From positions 4,154,001 to 4,218,000 of the forward strand of contig NC_043004.1 of NCBI RefSeq assembly GCF_006345805.1: a stretch of DNA of 64,000 nucleotides, written 5' to 3'. This document shows, piece by piece, positions 34,241-48,059 of this stretch. Numbering within the stretch: position 1 is the first letter of the stretch; every line of letters starts with the position of its first letter. Both the position numbers and the translations under genes were made by a program. The notes under the pieces were generated by a model that had not been told where the DNA came from, made no database searches, and saw nothing but the letters and a program-made list of their open reading frames with translations. This DNA is from Octopus sinensis. Lineage: Eukaryota.

Positions 34241-36463
34241 GTCCCTTCTCACATTTCATACCAGTTACTTCAGTAGCAAATGTTTGCTACTGGATGCTTG
34301 ATGAATACTCAGATATAATTACATTCATAAGTCAGCAGCATGAAACCTCCAAGCAGGAGTTAAATATTCTAGCTGCCAGACATTTACAAGACTACATACT
34401 TCAACAAGAAATATATAGAAACTCTTTCTCTCTCTAAGCATGTATCACACACACACACACAAATTAACTGAAAAAGGCTCTGAACACTTCAAACAACAAT
34501 TCTTTGTAATTCTGTATAAAGACCAAGATGAATGAAGACATTCAAAGGATGTTTCTTTTGTTTTTACAACACCAATATTTCATCTGACAGATCTTTCATA
34601 CTTTCCGTGTTCATAATTATAATTAATCCAAATCCAGAGATGTTGATAATACTAAAACAAATATTTATTTCAGTTCCTATAAACACATTTATTGGGGAGC
34701 AAGGGGTCATGTAGTGCATGGAGTTTCAAAAAAGAAATTAAAAAAATATATTTTTCCATTCATAAAATTTTGATGATTTCTTTTAATAACCCTATTCTAT
34801 TTTATTATATACTATCACTATTTTTTTTTTAATATCTTAATAATCATTTCTTACATAGGCACATGGCATTGGAGTGAGGGAAGAGAAATGGTCAGTTACG
34901 TCATCTCCAGAATTTGTCTAGTACTTATTTTTTAAAATCCTATAGGATGAGAGGCAAAGTCGGTCTCCAAGAGATTTAGAACTCAGAATATAATGGACCA
35001 TAACTAAATGCTGCAAGACATTTTGTCCAGTGCTCTAATGATGCTACAAATCCTCCACCCTCCTCTTAATAAGGAAAGCCAGAGTGGAATTAATCTCAAA
35101 ATTACACAAGTTTGGTCTTTTCGGCACTGATTCAAGTTCTCATTTTCGCTTCTTGTTATCAAATACTTATAGACATTACTGTTATTCAACTCATTATGAA
35201 GCAGAAACAATGGAAGCAGAACAGAATATTTATAAAAGGAAAAAAGAAATAGCTTCAAATAGCTTATCTTATCTCATCACAGATAAAGTGTTGTGCCTTT
35301 TGGGTGCTAAACTTTGCTTGCCTTAATATCTTCCCATTTCATGTGCTACCTCATTAGCTGATAACATGGTGCATGGTAGAATGGCAATAATAATGATACA
35401 GCACTACTTACACTAGTTAGCTGTTGTTGTTTAGCTCCAAGGCTAGTGAAGTATTCTGGCTATAGCCATCCTATGTTTTTACTAGGCAGTGTAGACAGGA
35501 CTGCATTATCCAATTTGACCTCACATTTTTTTTTAAAAACAGAGTGCAGTTTTGAGAGGTGTAGCTCTTATTTCTAGCATGTTAAGCATCCACATAGAAA
35601 CCCCATCACTTATTTGAGGACTATTTGATTGTTCTGATGATGAAGGAAAACAAATATTTCCAAAACAACAAACAGGTTCTTAATATTTGTGCACAGGTTC
35701 AAATGCTACACTATTCTCTAATTATATTAAAAGTTTTTTTTCAAATGTTATTAAAAAAAATAATGCTGAATTCCAATACCAAAATAATTAGATGTCTATC
35801 TTAACATTTAATTAATCAACTGTAAAATAAATCCAGTCTTGCCAAGGGGTGGATGGCAGAATATGTATTTAGTTGAACAATTAACCCATAATGTAACATA
35901 AGCAACTGATAAAACATTACTACTAATTCAACTTCTGTTAGGTCTCACATTTCTCAAAAATATCCAAGAATACAGACTCGTTAGAAACAGAAGAAAACAA
36001 TCTTCAACTACATTGCAACTTAGCAAAGTTGAAATATCTACACCGAATCAACAAATGGCATTTCAGTGAAGTCATCTCAGAATTAATAAGGCATGCGCTG
36101 GTTTAAGTTTTCTCTTGGAAAACAGCATTAAAAAATAACAGTACTTTGCATAGCTTTCCAGAGAATAAAAGCCAAAATTAAAAATAAAATAAAACATTAA
36201 ACATATCAATGAAATGTTTGCAGATTACAGGAACACTATGAGAGAAAGGCTAGCTAATCTAGGCAACTAGCTATGATGTGAATCAAAGCAGATTTTCATA
36301 ATAATAATAATAATAATCATGCCTGTAAAATAAAGAAACAGAGGAACAATAATAAAATACATGGATGAGTAAAATAACATTCAACAACAAATAGGAAGTA
36401 AATGCTGTGAGTGAGAAGTAGTTATTTTAATATGAACGGTTAGTAAAGTGTCAAGCTACTTAC

Positions 36464-36534
36464 ACCAACTTTCTGCAACAAATCTCCTACAATGGAAAGA
36501 GCTGAGATTCGGGCAGCCGAGGATATGACAGAGC
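36464..36534 (-). CDS. nudE: NudE homolog, exon encoding the first half of the C-terminal helix
   Basis: Acceptor tttgcacttgcag|GC and donor GGT|gtaagt. The 71-nt exon encodes (G)SVISSAARISALSIVGDLLQKVG, cf. the hallmark SARISALNIVGDLLRKVG. Confidence 0.95.
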
Positions 36535-36999
36535 CTGCAAGTGCAAACAGTTGAAAACATTGGCAAAAAATGGACATTAGCTGGAAGGCAGCAAGGCATT
36601 ATTTCTCCCTCTCTCTCTTTTTTTTTTTTTTTTAAACATGTCCCCCCCCCCCCCCCATTTATTTATTTGTTTTTCTTCTGTTAGAAAGTTCTCTTGAAAG
36701 TGTAATATTGAGGACTTTGAAAATAGTAAAATATTAACAACAATTAAGCTGAACATTCCCAGCCAAATGATTAAATAGGTGCAAGAGGCAAGGTCTTAGC
36801 AATAATCGAAAAAAAAAAAAGAGATTTTACACCTTACATAATTTCAGTTTATCAGTAGACCTAAATTAACCAACCACACAGCCTAGTGCTCTTCAAGTTT
36901 CACCTTTTGGCTACTCAACTACCAAGCCATACTACAATACTACTACTTTCATCAAAAATGCAGAGACTAAGCTATTGAAATGTAATTACTATCGTTTGC

Positions 37000-37240
37000 A
37001 GCTGTTTCAATATTTAAAATTTTCAAGTAAATACATAAGCAACCCTTCAACTTCTGCTAGATACTCTTCCCCTTTCTTTATCTTTCATTACTCCTACTGT
37101 ATCTCATACCCAAAATCTTACAAGAAGCACTCTCCCAAATCCTTCTTCTCCAGAAAAGCAACCCACTGGAACTGTCATCTCCCATATTCTACCATCAAGC
37201 TTTCATCTCAAGACGTTCAAACTGAACAGATTTCATAGAT
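37000..37240 (+). mobile_element. Degenerate non-LTR (CR1/L2/Jockey-like) ORF2 C-terminal relic
   Basis: HSPKSFFSRKATHWNCHLP resembles the SFF.R....WN.LP motif at the end of LINE ORF2. Confidence 0.5.
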
Positions 37241-37541
37241 CCAATCACTTTCCAGGGGAACAGCACCTCTGATTTCCCTCTCTCCACATATAGCATGTGT
37301 GGACATGCTCACACTTCCAGATGGATTTTGTTGAGGTAGATTTTCTATAGCCAGATGCCCTTCCTGTCATCAATCCCCACCTGTTTCAAAGCAAAGTATT
37401 TTCCCCATAGCTATGAAAGACAGGAAACAAACAACCTCACATACATAACAGTGATGATCATTTGCAACCATAACATTAAGTCTAAGGTAAACACACAGGT
37501 GTGTACATGCACCTATGTGTGTGTATGTATGTATGTGTAAG

Positions 37542-37577
<36 letters not shown>

Positions 37578-40512
37578 CACATACATTTCAGTTTCCGTCT
37601 ACCAAGTTTCCATCACAAGGCATTGTTTGGCCTGGGGCTATACTAGAATACACCTACCCTTGGTATCATACAATGGGGCTAAACCAAAGACTGCAGCCAC
37701 ACCTTCACCTTGTACATGTGTATATGCATACATAATTCTCCACCAGTACAATAACATGAGGATCTGTAAACTCTTTATCACTACCACTTCATCATTTCTA
37801 AGAAAGCATAGGTTTCAAAATCTGCTGCCCAAGTACAGAGCATGTGAGTTACAGGATCCTTTCTTAAAATGCTAAATATTTACCCAAGACATACAAAAAT
37901 AAAATTAAATAGAGTGAAGGAAAAGGTGCAAAAAAAAATGCAAGATGTTTTCCCCGTATGACAGCATTAACATACACTTGACTTCCCATAATGGAAAGGA
38001 ATTTTAAAAGTAAAATTATCTCTTGCTAATTGAGTCTCTTGGCAACAAGATGAAACCAAAGATTAGGACATAACTAGCAAAAGAAAGCCACACACACTAC
38101 CTCAAATACCTTTTATTGCATTAATTCTCTCTTTATTAAAGTTTTTACATATGATTCTACTGATGAAGAAAAATTTACAACTTTATCTAATACTGGTTTC
38201 TAACAGCAGGAGGAGGATATTCCATAAAGTTCCTCATAAGACCAAATTTTCTATGAATTCATTCATATGACTAAATCATGGTATATCTTAGAAATGTATC
38301 AGGAGTGAATACTGAAAGATAAAACTGTAAACTGCTACGCCCTAACAGTTGATGAATTAAGTGAAATACAATTCTCTGAACTAAATCAAAACCAGGGTGA
38401 AAGGATCAAGAAAGAAGCTTCTCACAAAGAACCTTTCTCAGAGGTTATTTTATTTTGCTGGTGGTGTATAATTACACACTCACTCTTCTCTCAAGTTCTT
38501 TTTCATTAAAGATGTGTAGAAACAAAGTGGTTAGCCTTCCCAACATAAAACACCAATATAACAGTCAAGGGGTGGGGGAGACAAAAAAAAACATGATTGT
38601 AATGAGAATAACAATGACAACCAGAAATTAGCGAATAGAATATTTACATCATATTTCAGAGTAAGCACAGCAAGAAAATAACATGCATAAAAAAATAATA
38701 CACAAATAAAGCTATAATAATTGTTAGTAAAGTCCTCAAGTTCAAAAGTAAAACAAGAAAAAGGATAGGAGGGGAGTAGAAAGGAGTGAACACACTGCAG
38801 GCAATAACAACTAATTCAGGAGTTATGAATAGTTTAAACAGCTATGAGCTGGCTGCTTCAGCATAGCTACAATTAAGAAAATCAAATAGCTTTCTAAACA
38901 CATACTAGAGCGTGAGAGTTCACAACATCCAAAAGAAATATTTTGAAAAAAGATTGTGACCTCTAGGTTATATGAGAGCATTAAAAGACAATTTTATTTC
39001 AACAATCTGAAGACCAAGTCATTGCTTTACTGGAGCTTCGCCCAACACACCGACTACACTAACATGATCTCTCCTTCCTGTCTCTTCTAACATTACTATA
39101 GCAATTCTTGCTCCAATGAACTAACAAGCTCAGGATACAAACCCACTAGGCTCACTTTCTTCTCTTCCTCCCTATAGTGCTACACCTGCAAAACCTTGTA
39201 TTAAACACTTCATTCTAACCTCCTGAAAATCTCTTCTTGCTACAGATTTTCCCTACATGTGCCAAAGTTACATATAAGCATAACTTTGTGCTTTAATTTA
39301 GATGAATATCACAGCCTGAACATAAATGAACTGGTAACCTTTTCTTTAAAAAGAAGTTAAATGTGAAACTACTGAGAAATTATGTTAGTTCTGCAGATTA
39401 AAACTTAAAATTACACAGGTTGTGAAGCTGAGATGCTAAATCTATCACACTATTGTCATTAGTTTAAAACTTCTTGTGTAAGCAACTTCTCACTCAGAAC
39501 ATTGCTTCAGTATGGATGGCTAACAACAGAGTCCAAACATACTTCATAGAGGAGAGCACAATTTTTAAAATATCTAGCAGTAGAAGAGAATTTTGAAAAG
39601 AGAAATTTTGAAGTTAGACAATATTAATATTTTTGTTTTTTTTTTTGAAAGCCTTAAAAACTTGAATTAACAATCAGAACTTATGAATCAAAATCACTTT
39701 TGCTACCTTCAGAAAAGGGAAACCAAAAATAATCTGAATGAATTAATCAACCAAACCTAACAGTTTGATAACAATTAAAATCGATAATAGTAAATGTTTT
39801 AAAAAGAACAACCAGAATATTCCTTTCTACTATGGGCACGAGACCTGAAAATTTGGGGGAGAAGAAAATAGTTGATTACAATAACTCCAGTGCTCAACTG
39901 GTACTTATTTCATCAACCCTGAAAGGATGAAAAGCAAAATGGACCTCAATGTTGTTTCAACTCGGAAAGTAAAGACAGACGAAAAGCTGATAAGCATTTT
40001 GTCCAAAAAACTACCTTATCGACCATCAATTTTTGTTACATCACTCGTAGCACAAAGCTCCATTTGTAGAAGGAATGGTATAGTCAATCGAATCAACTCC
40101 AGTATTGGACAAGTCCATATTTTATCAAGCTTAGATGAGATGAAAGGCAAAATGAGCTAAATCTAGCAGGAGATGAACTCAGAATGTAACCAGCACCAGA
40201 GTAACTTGATTAGGATGACTGTATTTAGCAGACAGGATGCTATAACAGGAGAAAGTTAGACGTGGGTGCCAGCACCAACTCCAAACAAGATGGAAAGTAA
40301 AGTTGACCCTGACAAGATATGAACCAAGATAATGTTAGCAACAACAACTATAACAACAGAAATAGGATAACATGGATTCAGAGGACTGTATTTAGCGGAA
40401 GAAACATTAGACATGGCCTGTCAGCACTTCTCAAACCAATAGTGGCCAGATGCAAGGCTGATTGTGTCCATGTGTGAAAAGGATTTGGGAAAAAATATCA
40501 ATTGACCCTTAC

Positions 40513-40743
40513 CTTTGTTTGTTGTTGCTGTAGATGTAGTTGATGAGTTTTCTGCACTGTTTGGATTTGCACTGTTATCAGACATTGCTGAAGGTGTCCG
40601 ACTATTTTCTGAAGAAGAAGGGGGTGTTGAGGTGACTGATGCACATTCTACGCCACTGCTACTAGGGAGGTCAGGTGTTGATGAATGTTCAGGGACATCT
40701 GGCCCAAATTTCATGCCTTTTACTTTCAATTCATTTCGTAAAT
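40513..40743 (-). CDS. nudE: NudE homolog, exon encoding the Ser/Thr/Pro-rich linker
   Basis: Acceptor ttttttaaatag|AT and donor AAAG|gtaagg. The 231-nt exon encodes (D)LRNELKVKGMKFGPDVPEHSSTPDLPSSSG...STTSTATTNK(G), cf. DLRQELAV followed by the S/T-P-rich region. It overlaps track ORF 40421..40729. Confidence 0.9.
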
Positions 40744-42697
40744 CTATTTAAAAAATATAAAAATATTTATATACATACTGATTTCTACTAATGGTACAAA
40801 GAGACAAATTTATAAAGACAAGCTACATTGTTGATTTAATTAATTTCTCATAAATAGCATTTGAACTCAGAACATAAGAGGAAACACAACATAAATAGTT
40901 TTCCATTTAATCCATTGACCCATCTCTGTCATATAATCCACTGACCAGGAATTTCTGCAGATACTGCAACCTCAACATTTGCCTATATATATTCAACTGT
41001 GGCATACAGAGCTCTCTACAAAGACAGTGTTGGCCACAAAGAGTCCACCTGACAAGAGAAGGGTACCTTTCCAACAAATAGCAAAAGAGTAGATACTCCA
41101 ATTTGGTAAGATAAAAACCAGAGCAAGATATGATGCTCAACTGGTAATATACAATGAAGATGATGTATATGTTCACCCCATTGACCAACATTTCAGAGAT
41201 AGTTTCATTTCAGTTCATTTCGAGATTAAACCACCTCTGTAATTTTTTTTTTTTTTTGCATCATAACTTCTTTGCTAATTATTTTTACTTTGTCAATGAT
41301 CACCAACATATCAAATGTCACTAATCTAATAGTAAGAATAATGCATAAATCTTTAGCTAAATATATACATTTTCCTATATTACTTCATATTTAAAAAAAA
41401 ACTACCATTCGATAAATTATACAAATTTCACATTTTATATCTCTGAAGAGTAAAATAGTTGTCTATAAATGCTTATCAATATCGAATTCCATTATAGGGA
41501 CAGCACATCTGCGAGACGATCATAAGATACTTTAAAAACTTAATTCGAAACTTTTAAAATGTCATTATTATATATTTATACTTATACATATTTACATATA
41601 TTTATATTTTTAATACAACAATTATTTTACATACATATATTTTTCTGAAGAATTTTCTAATATTGATTTTCTGATATTAATAATAATACATTATATAAAA
41701 TATATATAGTAGGAATAATGCATTCAGGCTTAGTAATCTGATGCTTGTTTATGCATCCTAACTAGATAGATTGTACAGATTATAAATTTATGCTGGACAG
41801 AAATGGATGTTGAGGCTTTTCTTCCCCCCCCCCCCCCCCCCGTGACAGATTCTATTGCTGTTTCCAAGATGTCAGCTGCTATTGTTAATAATGTAGTTAC
41901 TGCTGCTAAAGTTGATTTTGCCCGTCAATGTGTCTGAATGGCCTTAAGTGGTTTGTAGCAGCACATGTGTGACATGTGGGCTTTCTCTTTTCACCTAAGT
42001 GTCATTTGCTAACTCAATCAGGTTGGGCATTTGTTTCTGGCTTCACATCTACAGCCCTCATCTTTGTCATCCAGCAACTCTTATAAGATGGAATGGGGAT
42101 AAACTGCTTCACTTTTAACCAGGGAGATGGAATAGCTCACAATTGACAAAGGTATTTTTTTCTATGTTGCCTTCAAGTGCTTCTCTACTTGGGCATATAT
42201 AGGTTGCTTTTTTTTTTTTTTTTTTTATAAAACTTTTCATACCTATGGAGCAATATCGTATTGTGCAATGCTCAGCACTTCCCATTACCTCCAGGGGCAC
42301 AGTTAAGATGACTTTTCTGCCCTCTTTTTGAACACATCCTCAAGTTCATCTTGACCACTTTCCATCCTTAGGCACTTTTCTAAGTGCAGCTCTTGCAAAG
42401 AAGCAGCTTTGCCGTAGGGGCTGCTGCAAATGATGGTCAGCTGCAGCCAGCTGCCACAGTAAAATTTGTGGTTGTGTTGCTCAGGTTCACTAGTTGCCGT
42501 TATTTGCTGACATTTTTAATAAAAATATTTGTCTGCAAACTGCAGAAAAGAACTACAATTCTTATAATTAACAAACAAAAATGTTTAGATATGCTATTTT
42601 TCTCATAATGTCTTAATTATGACTTTTATTAATGTTTATGACCGGGCAGTTTGAAATAGTAGTAGTAGTAGTAGTAATAACAGCAAAATATCTTTAC

Positions 42698-42788
42698 CTC
42701 TTGCTTCATCTTTTAATCTCTGAATAGATTCTCTGAGAATTTCTTTGCCATCAAGTTCATTCTCTAGGAAAACATTTCTCTCCAAAGC
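42698..42788 (-). CDS. nudE: NudE homolog, internal coding exon
   Basis: Acceptor ttctttgtctaaag|GCT and donor AGAG|gtaaag. The 91-nt exon encodes [30 protein letters not shown](D), cf. [31 protein letters not shown]. Confidence 0.95.
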
Positions 42789-44841
42789 CTTTAGACAAAG
42801 AACATTTTAGTATATAACATATATAAAACACTCAAAAATATATATTTCCATCATCAAAATCATAGCTGGTAAGTCAGGATGACTGAAAACACTCAGTATT
42901 GACCAATTACTCAAAAGGAAGCAGACTAAATATTTTGTACTCCTGTAGCCCTGCATTACTGGACCCAGTCTACACTAGATTAAAGAATAGCAGCTAGAAA
43001 AAGCATTGATTATTTTGGTGTGTACCAAGCAATCCTTTTTATATATAAAAAAAACACTTCCTTTCAATGAATATTTTAAAGCTTAAATTTTAGAACAAAG
43101 AGGTTACAGTGACACTTAAAATCATTACTATCATCATTGTTTTAACACCCAAGTTCATCATCATCATCATTTAATGTCTGTTTTCTATGCTGGTATGAGT
43201 TAGATGGTGTAATAGGAGCTAGCAAGCTAGAACACTGCACCAAGCTTCACTGTCTGTTTAGTCATGGTTTTTTACAGTTGGATGCCCTTCCTAATGCCAA
43301 CCACCTTACAGAGTGGACTGAGTGCTTTTTACAGGGCACCAGCACCCGAATTAATGCTGTAAGGTCTGTCATGAGCCCAAGGTCTCATATAGTAGGAGAC
43401 TAACTGGGATTTCATGGTGTGTAAGTGACTGAGATTACCCTCTGAACAGGACACCAGTCCATCACAGCTGTTGCTAGAACTCAATTACAGCTGAAGTGTT
43501 ATGGCCACATCCCATGGTAAAGAAGATTGGCCAGCAGGAGTGCTGTGCCAGTGCCACATAAAATGCACTCATGTCAGTACCATGTAGAAGCGCACTTGTG
43601 CCATGCTACATTAAAAGTACCTAGCACACACTGTGAAGTGGCTGGCATTAGGAAGGGGATCCAGCTGCAGAAACCAAGCTAAATCAGACTAGAACTTTGT
43701 ACAGCTCACCGGCTTGCCAGTTCTGGTCAAACCACCCAACCCATGAAAACAGATGTTAAAGGATGATAATGAAGGTGGACCGGAGCAACATGAAATGAAG
43801 TGTTATCTTCAAGAATACAACATACCATTCAGTCTGGGTACTGAAACCATAATCTTACAATTTTGAGTGCAACATGTTATGCAACAGGTCATGTGCCTTC
43901 ACAAATAATCCTGTAATACAGTAAAATGTTGTGTTATCTTATCTACAAGGTGAAGCATCATGAGATTTTATTCACCCACTGCTCACTTCTTCCTATCTAG
44001 TTTTAGTCTTCCTACCTCTCTATCTAGCTATCTCTCGACACCTAGCACACACCATTTTTTCAGTAAGTATTCCAGTATATCCAAACAAAAACTTAAGTTC
44101 AGTTACAGGTGACAAACCAGACACCACATCTGCATTATTATGGTGCTTGACTGTGGGAGGTGTCAAATCATGCATCTCTTTAGACATAGCTGACTCGAGA
44201 GATATTTAAACAACAAACTCCAGGCTTGTAACTATTAAAAATCTGCTTCAGTAATTCTTAAAAATTTCAATTTTCCATAATTACCATAACCTATACCAGG
44301 ATGGAAAAATTCCTAATGAAACCTCATATTCCTTTCACCTCTGTATTTGGTTTACAAGATCCTTGATGTAAACTTGTGTTTGGAACCATGCTTTGTTGTA
44401 TCTCAAGAGGTTTGTTATGGCAATAATAAACACACACACTGGTTCTATTTCACTTATTTCTTAATTGGTTTATCTATCTAACCAATTAAGTGATTGCTTG
44501 AATAAATGTTTGTTCAATCAATCAGCTGGCTTTTTTCTTCAAAGTCCTGTTTGTCTGACAAACAGACCAGGAGTAGAGAGAGTATGTCCATGATGAGGTT
44601 ATGAATAGCAACAAAAGGAATTTGACAAACCTAACTGATTGATAGACCAAACAATTAATCAATCAATCAATTAGTTAGTTAACTGCTTAAAAGGTTATAA
44701 CAATTGACAAATAAATAGCAAAGAAGTGAAACTGAACCTGTGTGTGTGTGTTTATTATTGGCATAGTGATCCTCCCATGATGTGATAACATATATTCCTA
44801 TGTTCACAAATTAACCAAAAGAATGAAAACTGAAAATTTAC

Positions 44842-44887
44842 CATGTTGAGATTCTTTTCAAAATCTGTCAATGACAATGCAGCAATT
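44842..44887 (-). CDS. nudE: NudE homolog, 46-nt coding micro-exon
   Basis: Acceptor tttgtttgtttacag|A and donor ATG|gtaaat. Encodes (R)IAALSLTDFEKNLNM, cf. RATIVSLEDFEQRLNQ. Phases 2 to 0 fit both neighbouring exons. Confidence 0.88.
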
Positions 44888-45247
44888 CTGTAAACAAACA
44901 AAACAAAAAAGTTGCAGTCAAATAAACAAACACAGGTAACAAGGTGATCAGAAATTCATAAACTAAAAAAGTTATTTATAAGAGTTAGACACTTTGATAC
45001 TTCCTGGAATAAAAGCATTAAATAGGAAGTCATTGTCAATCACATATACATTATGTATATTTAGTCATCTGTGTGCATGAATGTATACAATTTACACTCA
45101 CACAGAGGCCACTCTTCAATACAGTTTTCATCAACAAATTTTACTCACAGGGTACTGGAACCTAACCTAAGACCATGGGGTAGTCAAGCAAAGTTTTTCA
45201 CACAGCAATGTTTGCATCTAATAACATTTAGGAATGTTTGCAATATA

Positions 45248-46508
45248 TTGGGTTGGCAACTAAGTTTCAGCTATTTTTTTTTTTTTTTTTTTTGGAATTT
45301 ATTGAGTTTTTAAATTTTGGAATCTATTTTTTTTCGAAAATTCTATTTTTGAATCATTTCGGGATCTTTTTTTTCTTTTTTTTTTCCTAGTTAATTTTAG
45401 TTAATTTCTGTTTATTTTCAGATCATTAAGATGGAATGTCAAGTTACGAAGAACAAGCATTTTCGACACGTTCTTTTTGCTTTTAATCAAGGTTCTAAGG
45501 CCGCAAAAGCTGCTCACAACATTTGTGCTGCGTACAGAGAGGGTGCCATAGCTGAAAGAACCGCTCGTGATTGGTATGCCAAGTTCAAAATTGGAAATTT
45601 TGACCTCAAAGACGCACCTCATTCTGGCCGTTGAGTTCGATGAAGAGCGATTAAATCAACTTTTGCATGAAAATTCTCATCAAACAACAATGGAACTGGC
45701 AGAGAAAATAGAATGCTCCCACACTGCTATAGAGAAGCATCTTCACTCGATGGGAAAGGTTCAGAAGTATGGAGCATGGGTTCCGCATGCTTTAAGTGAC
45801 AACAACAAAAACCAATGAGCCACAATCTCTGCTGGTTTGCTTGCTCGTCACTGCTCAACTCATGGATACAAACAACAATTTCTTTATCGAATCATTACTG
45901 GCGACGAAAAGTGGTGCCTGTACATCAATATGAAGCAGCGTATGGAATGGTTTAGCCTTGGTAAAGAAGCAACACTGCACGTGAAACAAGATCATCTACA
46001 TAAAATGGTGTACATATGGTGGGACTGGGAAAGGATTATCCATTACAAATTGCTTGAATGGAACCAAACGGTCAACATGGAACTACATTCAGATAGAACA
46101 ACTATCGGCAGCATGGAATTCTGCTGCTGCATGACAACGCCAGCCCTCATATCGCCAATATGACCAAGGAAGCCATTCAATCACATGGCTGGGAAGTGCT
46201 GCCACACCCACCGTACTCTCCTGATTTGGCACCAACGGATTTCCACCTCTTTTGATCTCTTTCAAATGCTATGCACAGAGTTTTGTTCAATACTGATTCA
46301 GAATTTGAGAGCTTGGTTGGATCAATTTTTCAAGTCAAAATCAGGTGATTTCTACCAACGAGGTATTGAAAATCTTATTGAACGCTGGGAAGAAGCTGTA
46401 AACAACAAGAGTGAATACATTATTGATTAATTAGTTGTTATTTTTTATTAAACCTTTTAAAAAATTGAAATTTTAAAAAAACCGACAGGGACTTAGTTGC
46501 CAACCTAA
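45248..46508 (+). mobile_element. Mariner (DD34D) transposon with a decayed transposase pseudogene (45431-46430)
   Basis: TIRs TTGGGTTGGCAACTAAGT / ACTTAGTTGCCAACCTAA flanked by TA. Motifs WVPHAL, ITGDEKW, LLHDNA and HPPYSPDLAPTDFHLF are present, with frameshifts, in-frame stops and an internal deletion. Confidence 0.95.
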
Positions 46509-46526
46509 TATTATAGTAAACAATAT

Positions 46527-46882
46527 TAGGAGTGGCTGTGTGGTAAGTAGCTTGCTAACCAACCACACGGTTGCGGGTTCAGTCCCACTGCGTGGCATCT
46601 TGGGCAAGTGTCTTCTGCTATAGCCCCGGGCCGACCAATGCCTTGTGAATGGATTTGGTAGACGGAAACTGAAAGAAGCCTGTCGTATATATGTATATAT
46701 ATGTATATGTGTGTGTCTGTGTTTGTCCCCCTAGCATTGCTTGACAACCGATGCTGGTGTGTTTATGTCCCCATTACTTAGCGGTTCGGCAAAAAGAGAC
46801 CAATAGAATAAGTACTAAAGGTGGTGCTCCAGCATGGCCGCAGTCAAATGACTGAAACAAGTAAAAGAGTAAGAGTAAAGAG
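46527..46882 (+). mobile_element. SINE family A copy (young) abutting the mariner right TIR
   Basis: CpG-intact consensus-like copy, nearly identical to 61545-61977. Confidence 0.92.
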
Positions 46883-48059
46883 TAATAGTTTAGGTTCACA
46901 ATATACAATTTTTCTTTGATCAAGAGCAAGGTACATTTGTACGAAAGGACAAATGGATAGCTAGATACATACATACATACACACATACACGTGTATGTTA
47001 ATGAACTCAATTAAAAATAAGCTAGAAAATAGACATTTGTGTTGGATTAACCAAGATTAAAACCTACTCACCTACAAATAAAACATAAACACAGCTGACT
47101 AATATAATTATTAACTATCAGCAGATTTATAAGCAATGGCTAATCAGAACAGGATAATCTATGATTAACTCAAAATTTTGCATAGTGTAGTAAGTTGCAA
47201 AAGATAATATTTACTCCAAAAATATAAGTGAGGAGTGGTTACCAGTTGTGATAATGGTTGTGAGGAAATTAAGTGTCAACTAATAATTAATCTCAGTGAC
47301 CACTAAGCCAAAAGATTAAAGGAGCTTTAAAGCAGAGCAAGTTACTGAAAGTGGATGTAGATGGAAATATATAGCCAACTGAAAGCAGGTCAGTTTTGTT
47401 AAATACACAGCACATGAGTGCTGGACATTGTGTCAATAAGATATGCTACTAATCTCAGCCTGTCTCGCCCAAAGATATAGGTTGGCCAACTATAACATTT
47501 TAATTATTCATCCAGTTCTGTACTTTGAATAGTAAAAATATAGGATTTGAAGCAGTTTAGAATCTCATCATCTAAATGAAACAAATTATTAATTAGATCT
47601 GATTTAGCATTTTCTTTTCTCTGTCACATATTACCTAATCAGCTATGGAGGAGGGTATTCTGAAAATATAGTTATCAGAATAAGAATAGGGTGGAAAAAG
47701 TTCAGAGTTATCACCTCTGCTGTCAACAATGGGATTCTCTCCCCCAAGTAGAAATACAAGGAGAGAAAGGTAAATCAGTTTATAGAAATAAAATCATTCT
47801 CATATGATACAGAAAACACCCTTCAGAGAAAATCCATACATCCAAACACTAAAATTTCAAGACATATAGTGATAAAAAAAATATTGTGATGAAGAGCCCC
47901 AGCTTAAATGTTACTAGACATGTACCCATCATAGTGTTGAGAATTCAAAACATTGTCATGTCAACTCCTCAGAATATACAATGTTTTTTTTGTTTTTTTT
48001 TCAATTTACCAACAAGCACAAACAGATTATGGTTTCCAACTCTTGAGCAGTCTGCTTAA

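Noticed and set aside
36580-36582. Upstream acceptor ccttccag|CT
   Set aside because: It lies 46 nt upstream of 36534 and puts ARISAL out of frame.
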